A stretch of 63,989 nucleotides of DNA, counting the filler, from an uncultured bacterium (GTDB lineage Bacteria; Hinthialibacterota; Hinthialibacteria; Hinthialibacterales; Hinthialibacteraceae): the NCBI GenBank assembly GCA_964449065.1. It is 8 parts of 8 records of this genome, joined end to end, with 100 filler letters (N's around TTAATTAATTAA, not from the genome) between each part and the next. Parts side by side here need not be neighbours in the genome. Positions count along the whole stretch, not along the records: positions 16,706 to 24,931 come from CAYVAZ010000226.1; positions 25,032 to 33,215 come from CAYVAZ010000227.1; 6 more parts are not named here. One strand, 5' to 3'. Each line of letters opens with the position of its first letter. Position 1 is the stretch's first letter. Below, in pieces: positions 20,707-31,250 of the stretch. The position numbers and the translations under genes were made by a program. The notes under the pieces were generated by a model. That model did not search any database. It worked only from the letters and a program-made list of their open reading frames with translations, and was not told the origin of the DNA.

Positions 20707-21828
20707 ATGAACAGACGAAACTTTTTTAAGCAATCAACAGCAGCCGGACTTGGAATGGCCGGTGCGCCGGTTTTAATAAGTTGCAACACAACTGAAACCA
20801 AAGCGGTAAACGAGTACCAACCCATAAAACCTGCCATTGATGCGCCCAACGGAGCCATTTACATCCCTGCAAAAGCGTTTAACGTCTGGCAGCAATGGAA
20901 AGATTATAACCACGAAGAAGCAGAACGCGACCTTGGTTATGCTGCCAGTATCGGACTTGACAGCCTTCGCATTTGGGTGAGCTACGAATACTGGGAAGCC
21001 GATCCAAAGCATCATGAAGAATGCCTGGAACATTTCCTGAACACCGCAAAAGCACAAAATATCAAAATCATGCCATCGCTTTTTGACAGTTGCGGAGTGG
21101 ATGACAATCCCGAAATACGCGAAGACCGCAACCCGGAAACTGCCGTCGCCATCTGCTCTCCCGCCTGGGCTATTCACCGTGACAGGAGCCGCTGGAAAGA
21201 AACCGAAAAGTTCGTGAACCGCTTTATGGAGCAACATGCCAACGACCAGCGACTATTAGCCATTGAAATTATGAACGAACCGTATTTGGTGGACAACCGC
21301 ATGGCTTTTTCGAGGCAGATGTTTAAAACAGCAACCGAAAAACGAGGCGCTGTTCCTTTAACTGTTGGCACCAGCCGTAACATGGAAGGATCTGTTTACT
21401 TTATGGATCTGGGATTGGATATTTTACAATCGCATTATAACTTTCCGGCTTCCATAGAAGATTTTGAAAAACACTTAGAAAAAGAAAAAATGATGGGAGC
21501 AACCCTCGAACGCCCCATTTGGCACACCGAATGGCAGCGTTTGCGTCCTGTTGGCGACCCTCCCTCCAAAGAAGTACCACCCGAGCAGCGCACACCCGAC
21601 TATGCCAGTCTTGCTCCAAGTGTTTTCAAATCGGGACTCGGTCATTTCTGGTGGTCGCTCATGCTCAAACCGGCTTACCTTATTTTTCATCGTAAATCGG
21701 GGGTAATCAACGGACTGTTCCACGAAGACGGCACTGTTTATAGTCTTGCTGATGCAAGGGCTGTTTCGCAAAACCCGGCTTTGAAAATTGAAGAAAGAAG
21801 AGAGCTGCCTGAAATAATGAAAATATAA
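20707..21828 (+). CDS. Tat-exported clan GH-A (GH5-like) glycoside hydrolase
   Basis: MNRRNFF twin-arginine signal; IMNEP acid/base; HTEW nucleophile region. Confidence 0.75.
   Translation: MNRRNFFKQSTAAGLGMAGAPVLISCNTTETKAVNEYQPIKPAIDAPNGAIYIPAKAFNVWQQWKDYNHEEAERDLGYAASIGLDSLRIWVSYEYWEADPKHHEECLEHFLNTAKAQNIKIMPSLFDSCGVDDNPEIREDRNPETAVAICSPAWAIHRDRSRWKETEKFVNRFMEQHANDQRLLAIEIMNEPYLVDNRMAFSRQMFKTATEKRGAVPLTVGTSRNMEGSVYFMDLGLDILQSHYNFPASIEDFEKHLEKEKMMGATLERPIWHTEWQRLRPVGDPPSKEVPPEQRTPDYASLAPSVFKSGLGHFWWSLMLKPAYLIFHRKSGVINGLFHEDGTVYSLADARAVSQNPALKIEERRELPEIMKI
21282..21757 (+). repeat. ~476-bp near-identical direct repeat (second copy 24326-24801)
   Basis: Colinear at constant offset 3044 with only scattered substitutions. 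Confidence 0.93.
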
Positions 21829-21903
21829 ATCAAATAGAACAACAGACTTCCTTATACAAACTTATTTGCAAACGCTGAAAATACACAAATAAAAACAAAG
21901 AAT

Positions 21904-23289
21904 ATGAAAAAGAACATCCTGCTTTTATCGTCGTTAACTGTTATTGCTTGTTGCCGAAATGCAGAAAAGGCAATTGAAAAACCTAATTTTTTGATTATCT
22001 ATACTGATGATCAGCGTTTTGATGCTGTTGGCGAAAATGGAAATGAAAATATTATTACTCCAAATATGGATAAGCTGTTTTCGCAGGGTGTCAATTTTCA
22101 ACAGGCTTGTGTGGTCACTTCCATTTGTAGCCCTAGCAGGGCTGCTATGCTTACAGGTAGGTATGGTACTGCAAATGGTGTATTAACGGTAGGACATGAT
22201 ACATTTAGGGAAGGAGAGGTCTTTTTGCCGGAATTAATGAGGGCAGGAGGATATTCAACTGCTCAAGTTGGTAAATGGCACCTTGGCACATATCCTTCTG
22301 AGGTTGGATTTGATTATTACCGGTACATCAATTCAAATGGTTCCTTCTATGAAAGGGATGTTTTTACCAATTCAGGTGAAGTGAAGATGAATAAGTATAT
22401 TGAAGAGTTTATTGCTGAAAATTCTATCGACTTAATTGATAGCTTGATGCAAATTGGAAAACCATGGTTACTTTGGCTATGTACCCAGGTTCCGCACATG
22501 GATCATACCTTCGACTGGGATGTAAGAAATGAGACGCTTGAAAAATATAAAAACGTGAATTTTCAAGTCCCTGATAGCTGGTCGGATGATTTATCAACAA
22601 AACCAGACTACCTTAAAACCAATCGCAGTCACCTTCGTGCTATTGACATCTATGGATATGACGATAAAGATTCTCTTATTAATCATATTAAACGTTATCA
22701 TGCTGCGGTTACAGAAATGGATGAGCAGTTGGGTCGGGTGTTGGATTATATTAAAGAGAAGGGGCTCGATAAGAATACTTACATTATTTTTATGGGTGAC
22801 AATGGTTGGTTTAACGGAGAACACCAGTTTACAAGTAAAGTGCTGGCCTATGAAGAGTCGGTTAGGGTACCTTCTGCTGTTAAAGGTCCCGGGATAAAAC
22901 CTGTAAAAAATAATGAACTAATACTGAACATTGATATTGCACCTACTGTTTTGGAGCTTGCGGGCTTAGAAATACCACCAAAGATGCACGGAAAAAGTCT
23001 TAAGCCCATTTTATCCGGAGAATCAAAGGGATTGAGGGATGATATTTTTTACGAAGCTCCCGTTACCCAACTGGGCAGTTATCCCCTTTTTGCTATCAGA
23101 AGCAATGAATGGAAATACATACAGACCTACGACAACATCAATCAGGATAGCTTAATATATCAGGAATTGTATCACCTGAAAACCGATCCTTTAGAAATGA
23201 ATAACCTTGCATTGAAGGAAGATTATTCCGAAAAATGTAAAAAATTCTCTGTGAGTTTAAAAGAATATCGCAAAAAATATAAAAAATAG
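21904..23289 (+). CDS. sulfatase (Cys-type)
   Basis: KPNFLIIYTDDQR; CSPSRAAMLTG; GKWHLG. Confidence 0.93.
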   Translation: MKKNILLLSSLTVIACCRNAEKAIEKPNFLIIYTDDQRFDAVGENGNENIITPNMDKLFSQGVNFQQACVVTSICSPSRAAMLTGRYGTANGVLTVGHDTFREGEVFLPELMRAGGYSTAQVGKWHLGTYPSEVGFDYYRYINSNGSFYERDVFTNSGEVKMNKYIEEFIAENSIDLIDSLMQIGKPWLLWLCTQVPHMDHTFDWDVRNETLEKYKNVNFQVPDSWSDDLSTKPDYLKTNRSHLRAIDIYGYDDKDSLINHIKRYHAAVTEMDEQLGRVLDYIKEKGLDKNTYIIFMGDNGWFNGEHQFTSKVLAYEESVRVPSAVKGPGIKPVKNNELILNIDIAPTVLELAGLEIPPKMHGKSLKPILSGESKGLRDDIFYEAPVTQLGSYPLFAIRSNEWKYIQTYDNINQDSLIYQELYHLKTDPLEMNNLALKEDYSEKCKKFSVSLKEYRKKYKK

Positions 23290-23411
23290 AAAATAGTAAA
23301 AAATATATCCTAAATGGATGCAATATATTGCAAATATTGAGGAATTTAGCGGAAATAAGTATGAATATATTTGAATAGCGTACTTATATTTAATTATTTA
23401 TTTTAAACTCA

Positions 23412-24869
23412 TTGGTCAAGAAATATCAATTATTAATTCTGATTTGCTCAATTACTTTTTCCTGTAATTCTCCTTCATCAAAATCCGGGACTGAGAAAGC
23501 CTGTGTGACGCAAGACCATCCGAAACGTTTTTTTAGCGATGATAGTTTTTGGAATTTACCCATAGATGAAAATGCCGAGGCTGACCCCAAAAGCGACTAT
23601 TGGATAAGTCTGCTCCAACGCGACCCAAGCGGTGAAAACATAGGACTCAACATAAAAAGTTATACCATACCTATTTATGAAGTAAACAGTAAAGCGATTC
23701 CTTTTCAGAAAATTGAACAAATAGAACACTACATAGTTGACGGAAAAATACATACCCATTATGGTCACGAGCCTGTATTTGACAGCTTGGGTGTTCCTGT
23801 TCCCATCAATATGAAACCATCTCCCGGTGGTGATATGCATGTGGCAATTATTGATTGGAAGGCCAACCTGGCATGGGACATGTTCTTTGTAAAACAAAAG
23901 GAAGACGGCTCATGGGAAAGTGCAACCGGCATGGTGTATCCCTTAGATGGATCGGGCGTTTTTGATTCCGGAGAATTTAATGTGAAACCAAACGAATCCA
24001 TTCATGGACATGGTCCCGGTGTTGCTGCCGGTATGCCCATTATTGCGGGAGTAATAAGATACGATGAGGTAATGTCGGGAGAAATAAGACATAAATTATG
24101 CGGAGCACTCAGGTACGTAGCTTTTCAGGAATATGTTTATCCGGCAACCTGGACCGATGGTAATTTTGAAGGAGGCATACCAGAAGGTGCTGTTATTCAA
24201 CTCGATCCTCAACTGGATTTATCACTGTTCGACCTTACCAAAGAAGAATTGGTTGTGGCCAAAGCATTGCAGCAATATGGTTTTGTAATAAATGATTTCG
24301 CTGCCGGTTCTACTGTTCGTGCAGAGTATTTGGTGGACAACCGCATGGCTTTTTCGAGGAAGATGTTTAAAACAGCAACCGAAAAACGAGGCGCTGTTCC
24401 TTTAACAGTTGGCACCAGCCGTAACATGGAAGGATCTGTTTACTTTATGGATATGGGATTGGATATTTTACAATCGCATTATAACTTTCCGGCTTCCATA
24501 GAAGATTTTGAAAAACACTTAGAAAAAGAAAAAATGATGGGAGCAACCCTCGAACGCCCCATTTGGCACACCGAATGGCAGCGTTTGCGTCCTGTTGGTG
24601 ACCCTCCCACCAAAGAGGTACCATCCGAGCAACGCACACCCGACTATGCCAGTCTTGCTCCAAGTGTTTTCAAATCGGGACTTGGTCATTTCTGGTGGTC
24701 GCTCATGCTCAAACCGGCTTACCTGCTCTTTCATCGTAAATCGGGGGTAATCAACGGATTGTTCCACGAAGACGGTGCTGTTTATAGTCTTGCGGATGCA
24801 AAGGCATTGTCAAAAAATCCAAATTTTAAAGCAGAAGAAAGAAAAGAGAAGCCGGCATGGTTAAAGTAA
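23412..24869 (+). CDS. chimeric lipoprotein: unknown N-domain fused to the C-half of the GH5-like enzyme
   Basis: FSC lipobox; sequence from YLVDNRMAF onward duplicates 21282-21757. Confidence 0.7.
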   Translation: MVKKYQLLILICSITFSCNSPSSKSGTEKACVTQDHPKRFFSDDSFWNLPIDENAEADPKSDYWISLLQRDPSGENIGLNIKSYTIPIYEVNSKAIPFQKIEQIEHYIVDGKIHTHYGHEPVFDSLGVPVPINMKPSPGGDMHVAIIDWKANLAWDMFFVKQKEDGSWESATGMVYPLDGSGVFDSGEFNVKPNESIHGHGPGVAAGMPIIAGVIRYDEVMSGEIRHKLCGALRYVAFQEYVYPATWTDGNFEGGIPEGAVIQLDPQLDLSLFDLTKEELVVAKALQQYGFVINDFAAGSTVRAEYLVDNRMAFSRKMFKTATEKRGAVPLTVGTSRNMEGSVYFMDMGLDILQSHYNFPASIEDFEKHLEKEKMMGATLERPIWHTEWQRLRPVGDPPTKEVPSEQRTPDYASLAPSVFKSGLGHFWWSLMLKPAYLLFHRKSGVINGLFHEDGAVYSLADAKALSKNPNFKAEERKEKPAWLK

Positions 24870-25205
24870 TTGATAAAAATAACAACAACATGAATACACA
24901 AAGAATACTGATACTTTCGGGATGTTTGCTANNNNNNNNNNNNNNNNNNNNNNNNNNNNNNNNNNNNNNNNNNNNTTAATTAATTAANNNNNNNNNNNNN
25001 NNNNNNNNNNNNNNNNNNNNNNNNNNNNNNNATCATTGATTGCGTAACATCAGTTATTTAGTGACTATCAAAACGGATTTAAATCTCGCAAAAATACCTA
25101 CCGTATAGAATTTTGCGTACCATGAGTTCAGTAAATTACAGACAAGTTTACCCATAGTTCCGGCGGGTTAAAGCGCTGTACCAAAAGATACCCCAAAACG
25201 GATTG

Positions 25206-25730
25206 CTACCTTGTGGATTGCAACTGTTGATTCCACACATCCACAATCAGTGCTCCGGATTCTTCTAGCGTGTTTTGATCGGTACGAATCACATGATCAG
25301 CCGCTCTCTCATACAACGGAATTCTCCGTTCCAAAACCTCCAATATTTCATCCGCGGGATCTTTCTTATTGGTCAATGGAGGGCGGTTCGGATCATTTTT
25401 GATAAAGCGGGTAATGTATTCCGGATCGGCATGAAGCCATACAAGAAATCCGTTGCGCTTCAGCCAAGTAATGTTTTCGTCCCGTTCCACAACCCCGCCG
25501 CCGGTGTCGATGATAAGGTTATCCATCTCGGCAAGTTCTTCCACCAAAATGCTCTCTTCTTCCCGGAACGAATCCCAGCCGTATTCCGCCACATAATCCG
25601 CGATTCGTTGTCCCAGCCGTTCTTCCAGCCGCTCATCCATGTGGCAAACATCCATCCGCAGTTCCAAATGAAGCCAGTCGCTGATTGTCGATTTTCCGGT
25701 TCCTCTATATCCGATTAACACAAGATTCAT
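25206..25730 (-). CDS. aroK: shikimate kinase
   Basis: MNLVLIGYRGTGKST, DTGGGVV, RPPL. Confidence 0.93.
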   Translation of the reverse strand: MNLVLIGYRGTGKSTISDWLHLELRMDVCHMDERLEERLGQRIADYVAEYGWDSFREEESILVEELAEMDNLIIDTGGGVVERDENITWLKRNGFLVWLHADPEYITRFIKNDPNRPPLTNKKDPADEILEVLERRIPLYERAADHVIRTDQNTLEESGALIVDVWNQQLQSTR

Positions 25731-26584
25731 GTTTGCTCCAATGCGTGTATAACGGCCGATTCCATCACCGCCAGCGGTGCGGGTTCGCCGGTCCAAAGTT
25801 CAAATTGCTTGGCCCCCTGGTGTACAAACATCGGTACACCATTAATCACTTCACAGCCACACGATTCTGCGCGCTGTAATAATAGTGTTTTACCCGGATT
25901 GTAAATGGTGTCAAAGATGACTTGCTCTTTTTGAAACCAGTCTTTCGGGATCAAACATTCGTCTACATTCGGATACATACCGACAGGGGTGCAGTTAATG
26001 ATGATATCTGATTCTTGAAATGCCTTAAAGAACGATTCATCTTCAAATGAGGTAACCTGCATTCCTGTTGTAGTATGTGGTTGTAAATCAGAGAGTAACT
26101 CTTGCGCTTTTTCTGTTCGTCTCGCTGCTAATGATAATTGTTTCGGATGCCGTTCGCAAACCAATCCGAAGGCAATCGCCCGTGCGGCGCCGCCCACGCC
26201 AAGCAGCAAAATGGTCTGGTCTTCAATCGCGCATTTTGTTTCCAAGGCCTTTAAGGCGCCATAACTATCTGTGTTGGTCCCCACCAATTTTCCGTTCTCA
26301 TTGGATAGAGTGTTCACGGCGCCAATTGTTTTGGAAAGGTCATCTATTTCATCCAAATAGGGGATCACAGCGGTTTTATGCGGAATGGTCACGGAAAGCC
26401 CCCGGATGTTGAACCCGGTCATACCTTGGATGGCCTTTTCGATATCGCTGACTTGAAAAGCCACATAAACAAAGGGAAGGTCTTTCTCACAAAACGCGGC
26501 GTTGTGCATGCACGGAGACAGGCTGTGTTCAACCGGATTCCCAATAACGGCACACACGTTTGTCTTCCCATCGATAGAACGCAT
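25727..26584 (-). CDS. aroE: shikimate dehydrogenase
   Basis: GNPVEHSLSP.MHN, SVTIPHK, GAVNT, NTD, GVGGAARA. Confidence 0.95.
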   Translation of the reverse strand: MRSIDGKTNVCAVIGNPVEHSLSPCMHNAAFCEKDLPFVYVAFQVSDIEKAIQGMTGFNIRGLSVTIPHKTAVIPYLDEIDDLSKTIGAVNTLSNENGKLVGTNTDSYGALKALETKCAIEDQTILLLGVGGAARAIAFGLVCERHPKQLSLAARRTEKAQELLSDLQPHTTTGMQVTSFEDESFFKAFQESDIIINCTPVGMYPNVDECLIPKDWFQKEQVIFDTIYNPGKTLLLQRAESCGCEVINGVPMFVHQGAKQFELWTGEPAPLAVMESAVIHALEQT

Positions 26585-26692
26585 TTCCAGACTCCGCATT
26601 TTGATAGATGCAATAATAGATGCAATCATAGCAACGACGTTTTTACCGGTGAATGTCTCGTTCTCTGAAATAATGAAATAGAATGAAAAAAA

Positions 26693-26721
26693 AACCGGAT
26701 CGCTTCTCTCACGACCCGGTT
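26693..26721 (-). terminator. rho-independent terminator after rpoD
   Basis: AACCGG...CCGGTT stem followed on the minus strand by a T run. Confidence 0.6.
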
Positions 26722-26746
26722 GGATAGATGGAAATCAAACGAAATC

Positions 26747-28510
26747 TCAATCGATATAATCGCGCAACTTTTGACTGCGCAGCGGATGACGCAATTTCCG
26801 CAGAGCTTTCGTCTCGATTTGCCGTACCCGTTCGCGGGTTACTCCAAAGCGGCTTCCCACTTCTTCCAACGTTCTTGAGTATCCGTCGGCGATACCGAAA
26901 CGAAGCCGCAATACGGTTTCTTCCCGCTCGGTAAGCGTTTTTAAAACGCCTTCCAAACTAGTGCTCATCATTTCGTTTGAGGTGGTATCCGATGGGGAAG
27001 CGGTTTTCTTGTCTTCAATAAAGTCGCCAAATTGGGTATCGCCCTCTTCTCCTACCGGGGTTTCCAATGAAATCGGCTGCTGTGCGATTTTAAAGATGCT
27101 GCGTACTTTATCGAGTGGTAAGTCGATTTCTTTCGCTACTTCTTCCGGAGATGGTTCGCGTCCCAACTCTTGTACCATTTTGCGCGAAAGCCGGTTGATC
27201 TTGTTTATGGTCTCAATCATGTGCACTGGAATACGAATGGTTCGTGCTTGATCGGCAATCGCGCGGGTAACTGCTTGGCGAATCCACCATGTCGCGTAGG
27301 TGCTGAATTTATAGCCCCGGCGGTATTCAAATTTCTCCACCGCGCGCATCAAACCGATATTGCCTTCTTGAATTAAATCCAAAAACTGCATCCCGCGGTT
27401 GGTATAATTTTTCGCGATCGAAACCACCAAGCGAAGATTGGCTTTCACAACATCCATCTTGGCTAGATAAGCAATGTTTTCGCCGTTTTTTACATGCGCG
27501 ACGATCGATTGAAGCTCCGGAAACGAATCGAGCGATTGCTTTCGCCATTTCTCCAATGTTTCCATGCTTCGAATTAAGCCTTTACACGTCTGTACCAATT
27601 CTTCGCGCGGCAAACCGGTGCGCTTTTCCAACTCGCTGCGGCCGAAGGTGGTGTATCGCAGCTTTTTGTAGAGCTGCTTGAGTTCCCGCGACTTGATACC
27701 CAACCGGGTTTCGACGCGCTTAATCTCTTCCTGGCAGTCTATTATTCCGTTGTGCAAATCGATGATCCTTTTTGCGACTTTTCCGGTCACCTCATGATCA
27801 ATCTTCATGCCGATCAGTGTCTTGCCCATTTTCACTTTTAATTCGGCAATCTGTTTGCTGCTGGAACGGGTATTTTGTTGGCGGAGTTTATCGATTTCGG
27901 CGTGCAGTTTTTCCAATTGGTTGCGCTTGCGGGTGAGGTCACGTTGAATGTTTGTCTTGTCGGATTCGGTTAGTGTTTCATGGAATTCAAAGTTTTGCAT
28001 TACCTCTTCAAACCGCAACTTGCCGTCCTTTAAATTTTGAATCAATAGGGTGTATTCCTGCAAGGCGGTTTTGCTGAGCGCGAGTGACTGGCAGACTTTA
28101 AAGCGGCCTTCTTCAATTTGCTTGGCCAGATCGATCTCTTGTTCACGGTTAAGAAGGGGTACCCGTCCCATTTCACGCAAATACAAGCGCACCGGATCAT
28201 CGATTCGCTCGCGTGACTCTTCTTCAATGACTTCGGGCTCTTCCGGCTCTTCCATCACGGTGACCACTTCTTCTTCCGCGGCCACCTTCAATTTCGGCTG
28301 ATCGTTCTCTTCCACCACTTCGATATCCAAATCTTGCAGTGTGGATAAAAGTTCATCCATGTCATCCGAAACATTTTCACTGTTCATGAACTCCGTGTCA
28401 AAATGCTTGTGAATCTCTTCGTACGTTAACTTTCCGTTTTTCTCTCCCAGTTCAATGAGTTTTTTCAATTTGGCGTTTTGAGGGTGATCTACTACACAAT
28501 CTTTTTCCAT
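26747..28510 (-). CDS. rpoD: primary sigma factor sigma-70
   Basis: Region 1.1, [50 protein letters not shown]. Confidence 0.96.
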   Translation of the reverse strand: MEKDCVVDHPQNAKLKKLIELGEKNGKLTYEEIHKHFDTEFMNSENVSDDMDELLSTLQDLDIEVVEENDQPKLKVAAEEEVVTVMEEPEEPEVIEEESRERIDDPVRLYLREMGRVPLLNREQEIDLAKQIEEGRFKVCQSLALSKTALQEYTLLIQNLKDGKLRFEEVMQNFEFHETLTESDKTNIQRDLTRKRNQLEKLHAEIDKLRQQNTRSSSKQIAELKVKMGKTLIGMKIDHEVTGKVAKRIIDLHNGIIDCQEEIKRVETRLGIKSRELKQLYKKLRYTTFGRSELEKRTGLPREELVQTCKGLIRSMETLEKWRKQSLDSFPELQSIVAHVKNGENIAYLAKMDVVKANLRLVVSIAKNYTNRGMQFLDLIQEGNIGLMRAVEKFEYRRGYKFSTYATWWIRQAVTRAIADQARTIRIPVHMIETINKINRLSRKMVQELGREPSPEEVAKEIDLPLDKVRSIFKIAQQPISLETPVGEEGDTQFGDFIEDKKTASPSDTTSNEMMSTSLEGVLKTLTEREETVLRLRFGIADGYSRTLEEVGSRFGVTRERVRQIETKALRKLRHPLRSQKLRDYID

Positions 28511-28910
28511 GGACAACATCTCCCTGATTAGCCGCTTGCAGGCATGGTTTTCGGAACGGTACCACGACCGAATCCGCCTCAACCGATAACAATGGATATA
28601 AACGAATCAAATAAAAACGAATAGTGTAAACGGAACGACGCAACACCGCGTGAATGGATGGGTGAGTGTTGGTACCGGTTTGGGATGGGACAGAAAGGTT
28701 CCTGTCGGATTGCATGGATATGCTGTTGACCGGATTGTTCACGCAACTCTCTCCATTCAACATAACAACTCAAATCAATAGAAATCACAACAAATTTTCA
28801 TAATCAAAAGTATAGACGGAAACGCGGACGGTGCAAGAGATTATTTTAGAAAATCATATTCTTCCGATTTTTCGATCTTGTTCTATTGTAGCGGGTAGTA
28901 TTGATGCGGC

Positions 28911-29005
28911 TAGAGCAATTCAGGTTTGCGTAGAGGTACAACGAGTACATCCATGTACCGGCTGGAAGCCGATGCTGCCCGGCTATTCATCTCTGAAACG
29001 CTCTA
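28911..29005 (-). repeat. MITE family A, inverted, with a different REP core
   Basis: Ends TAGAGCAATTCAGGTTTGCGTAGA and CTCTGAAACGCTCTA match family A; core ACCGGCTGGAAGCCGATGCTGCCC. Confidence 0.75.
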
Positions 29006-29261
29006 AAGTTTACCACACTCATTCGGTTTTCAATCCGTTTCATGAAATATGTCCATGGACTCTTGATTCTGTAGTATGGGGATATCCCATGTCCGCCAAT
29101 ACAAGAAATACGTACTTGCTGTGAAGATATAAACGGGCATAGATTATCAAACACCGGAAAGAAGTTGAACGCTATGAAGAATTAGAGAAAACGGAGATTG
29201 ATTGCCGCGAGTGTATTATGCTGCAATTTCGTTAAGTGTTGATCTGTCTAATTTTCAAGTA

Positions 29262-30509
29262 TTACTCCGACTTAGGGCATCGGTTAATCAATGCCAAAGC
29301 CTGCTCAATAAAGATCTCTCCCGTCATTTCGCCAAGGCTGGTGCGGCAAATGTATTCGTAGCGTTTATAACTATTGAAGTCTTCTTCTAACAGGATGTAT
29401 CCAAAAGCGTCGTTGGTTAGCCCCAGCAAAAAGTTATGTTCGCCGTGCATTTTACGTTTAAGGTAGTAGCCGATATTGGGGAGTGCTTCTCCTGGAATTG
29501 TCAGCATCTGGGCGTTGCCGATGTTTACGACCGCGACTTGGGTTGTGACGCTGCCGTCGGCATTATGGGGATAATCGAATTTGGCATTTTCGATCAAATA
29601 GCGGAAGACATTGTTGTCATTCGGGAAGGTAACCGGAATGGATGCGATGAAGAGTTCCGGATTTTCCTGCGTGGGTGCTTTTTGAATAATGCGTAACGAT
29701 TCTTCTGCCAGCAAGTGCCCAATCCGAACGGTTTCTTGCCACATGGCATCGTTGTCATCTTCCACGTTCCGGTTATCGGCGGTGACCATGCCTCCTTGGG
29801 CTCCGTTCATAAAAATACCGGTACCACCAGTTTTCTCTGCGATGCGGTCGTACAACGGTCCGACCATATCGGGGCTGAGAATGCCGCGGTTCGGCCCCAA
29901 CGCTTCGGGGTGAATGGCATAATTTACGAATGTCGCAAAGGCATTGCCATCTTTATCAATACATTGGAGGACGTTGCAGCGGGGATCATACAACTGTGGA
30001 GCATAGTAGTTAAAGGCGATTTTCCCTTTGGCCTCGCCGGTGTTGATTTTGACTGTACAGGGCTGGAGAGTTTCGACCGCTTCGTTGATTGCTTCAGCGG
30101 TTTTAGAGCAGACCATATCAATGTAATCAAGATCGACGTGGTAGTTGCCTTGTTCATCGGGAAAACCGTAGATATCCGGGGCGCTGTGGGTGTGGGTTGA
30201 GCCGATCAGAATGTGCTTGGGCGGGATGCCTTTCACCTGTGCGCGTACCCGGTCACACAGTACCGATGGGAACCCGATGAAATCGACGCTGACGATGGCC
30301 ATGCGGATGCCGTTGTTTTCCAGCACCAAAGCGCGGACGGTGAGGTCGCCTTTCTTTTCGAATGTCGGGTTGGCGGGGCCTAATCCACCGGAGACGGGGA
30401 GGAGGGGAGCGGGATTGACGTTGCGGACTGCAATGCCGGCTCTCATTTCGGCGAATGTATTTAAAGAAAGAATACAAATCAAAAGAGTTAGGATGGTTTG
30501 CTTTAGCAT
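29262..30509 (-). CDS. secreted neutral/alkaline ceramidase-like hydrolase
   Basis: Signal peptide; LTVRALVL, STHTHSAP, NYAIHP, NGAQG, PGEA. Confidence 0.75.
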   Translation of the reverse strand: MLKQTILTLLICILSLNTFAEMRAGIAVRNVNPAPLLPVSGGLGPANPTFEKKGDLTVRALVLENNGIRMAIVSVDFIGFPSVLCDRVRAQVKGIPPKHILIGSTHTHSAPDIYGFPDEQGNYHVDLDYIDMVCSKTAEAINEAVETLQPCTVKINTGEAKGKIAFNYYAPQLYDPRCNVLQCIDKDGNAFATFVNYAIHPEALGPNRGILSPDMVGPLYDRIAEKTGGTGIFMNGAQGGMVTADNRNVEDDNDAMWQETVRIGHLLAEESLRIIQKAPTQENPELFIASIPVTFPNDNNVFRYLIENAKFDYPHNADGSVTTQVAVVNIGNAQMLTIPGEALPNIGYYLKRKMHGEHNFLLGLTNDAFGYILLEEDFNSYKRYEYICRTSLGEMTGEIFIEQALALINRCPKSE

Positions 30510-30628
30510 ATTAGCTTCACCTTGTTGTTCATGAAATAGATTATAAATGCGGATGAAATGATCGTATTTTAAGGGCGTTTAAAGCAATGAGGAAGTGAGC
30601 TTGCCGCAGATCGCTTCATCTCAATCCC

Positions 30629-31156
30629 TAGAGCGTTTCAGAGTTGAATAGCCGGGTAGCACCGGCTTCCAGCCGGTAAATGCATGCGCAACCCTGGGAG
30701 GGCGAGGCTCCCGCCGAGCCAGCGTCACGCTATGCCTCCCCGATAATCCTAAATAAAACCGATGTGAAACTATAAGAACTGAGTATGCCTCCGCTGTCAT
30801 TCACGTGCATTCGCGTTCATTCGCGGTTGAAAAATGTAGTGCAGACTTCCAACCTGCAAAAGCCTTAGTCTCCCCCAAATCCTTTGGGGGAGATGTCCGA
30901 CGCCAGGAGGACAGAGGGGGGCNNNNNNNNNNNNNNNNNNNNNNNNNNNNNNNNNNNNNNNNNNNNNNNNNNNNNNNNNNNNNNNNNNNNNNNNNNNNNN
31001 NNNNNNNNNNNNNNNNNNNNNNGTGTAGACTTCCAACCTGCAAAAGCCATTGTCTCCCCCAAATCCTTTGGGGGAGACACAGAGAGGGTTGTGAAGAGCG
31101 CAATCACCTATTTTATTTCACAAAACGCCCGTAATTTTCTTAAGTCAATGACATTG
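30629..31156 (+). repeat. composite REP/MITE cluster spanning a 100-N scaffold gap (30923-31022)
   Basis: Family A left end plus palindromes GGGAGGGCGAGGCTCCCGCCGAGCC and CTCCCCCAAATCCTTTGGGGGAG; colinear with 36186-36487. Confidence 0.8.
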
Positions 31157-31250
31157 AGACTGGGGGAGTTAGAAGGGGGGGGGATGATCGAGCGGTCAAT
31201 CCCACCCTAATCCTCTCCAGTCTTGAAGGGGGAATTCGCATCACACAAAA

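Noticed and set aside
28511..28582. Unusual N-terminal extension of RpoD
   Set aside because: ORF-caller extension; a GGGAG RBS supports a start at 28510 or 28519
30797..31210. ORFs containing poly-X
   Set aside because: They cross N gaps within non-coding repeats
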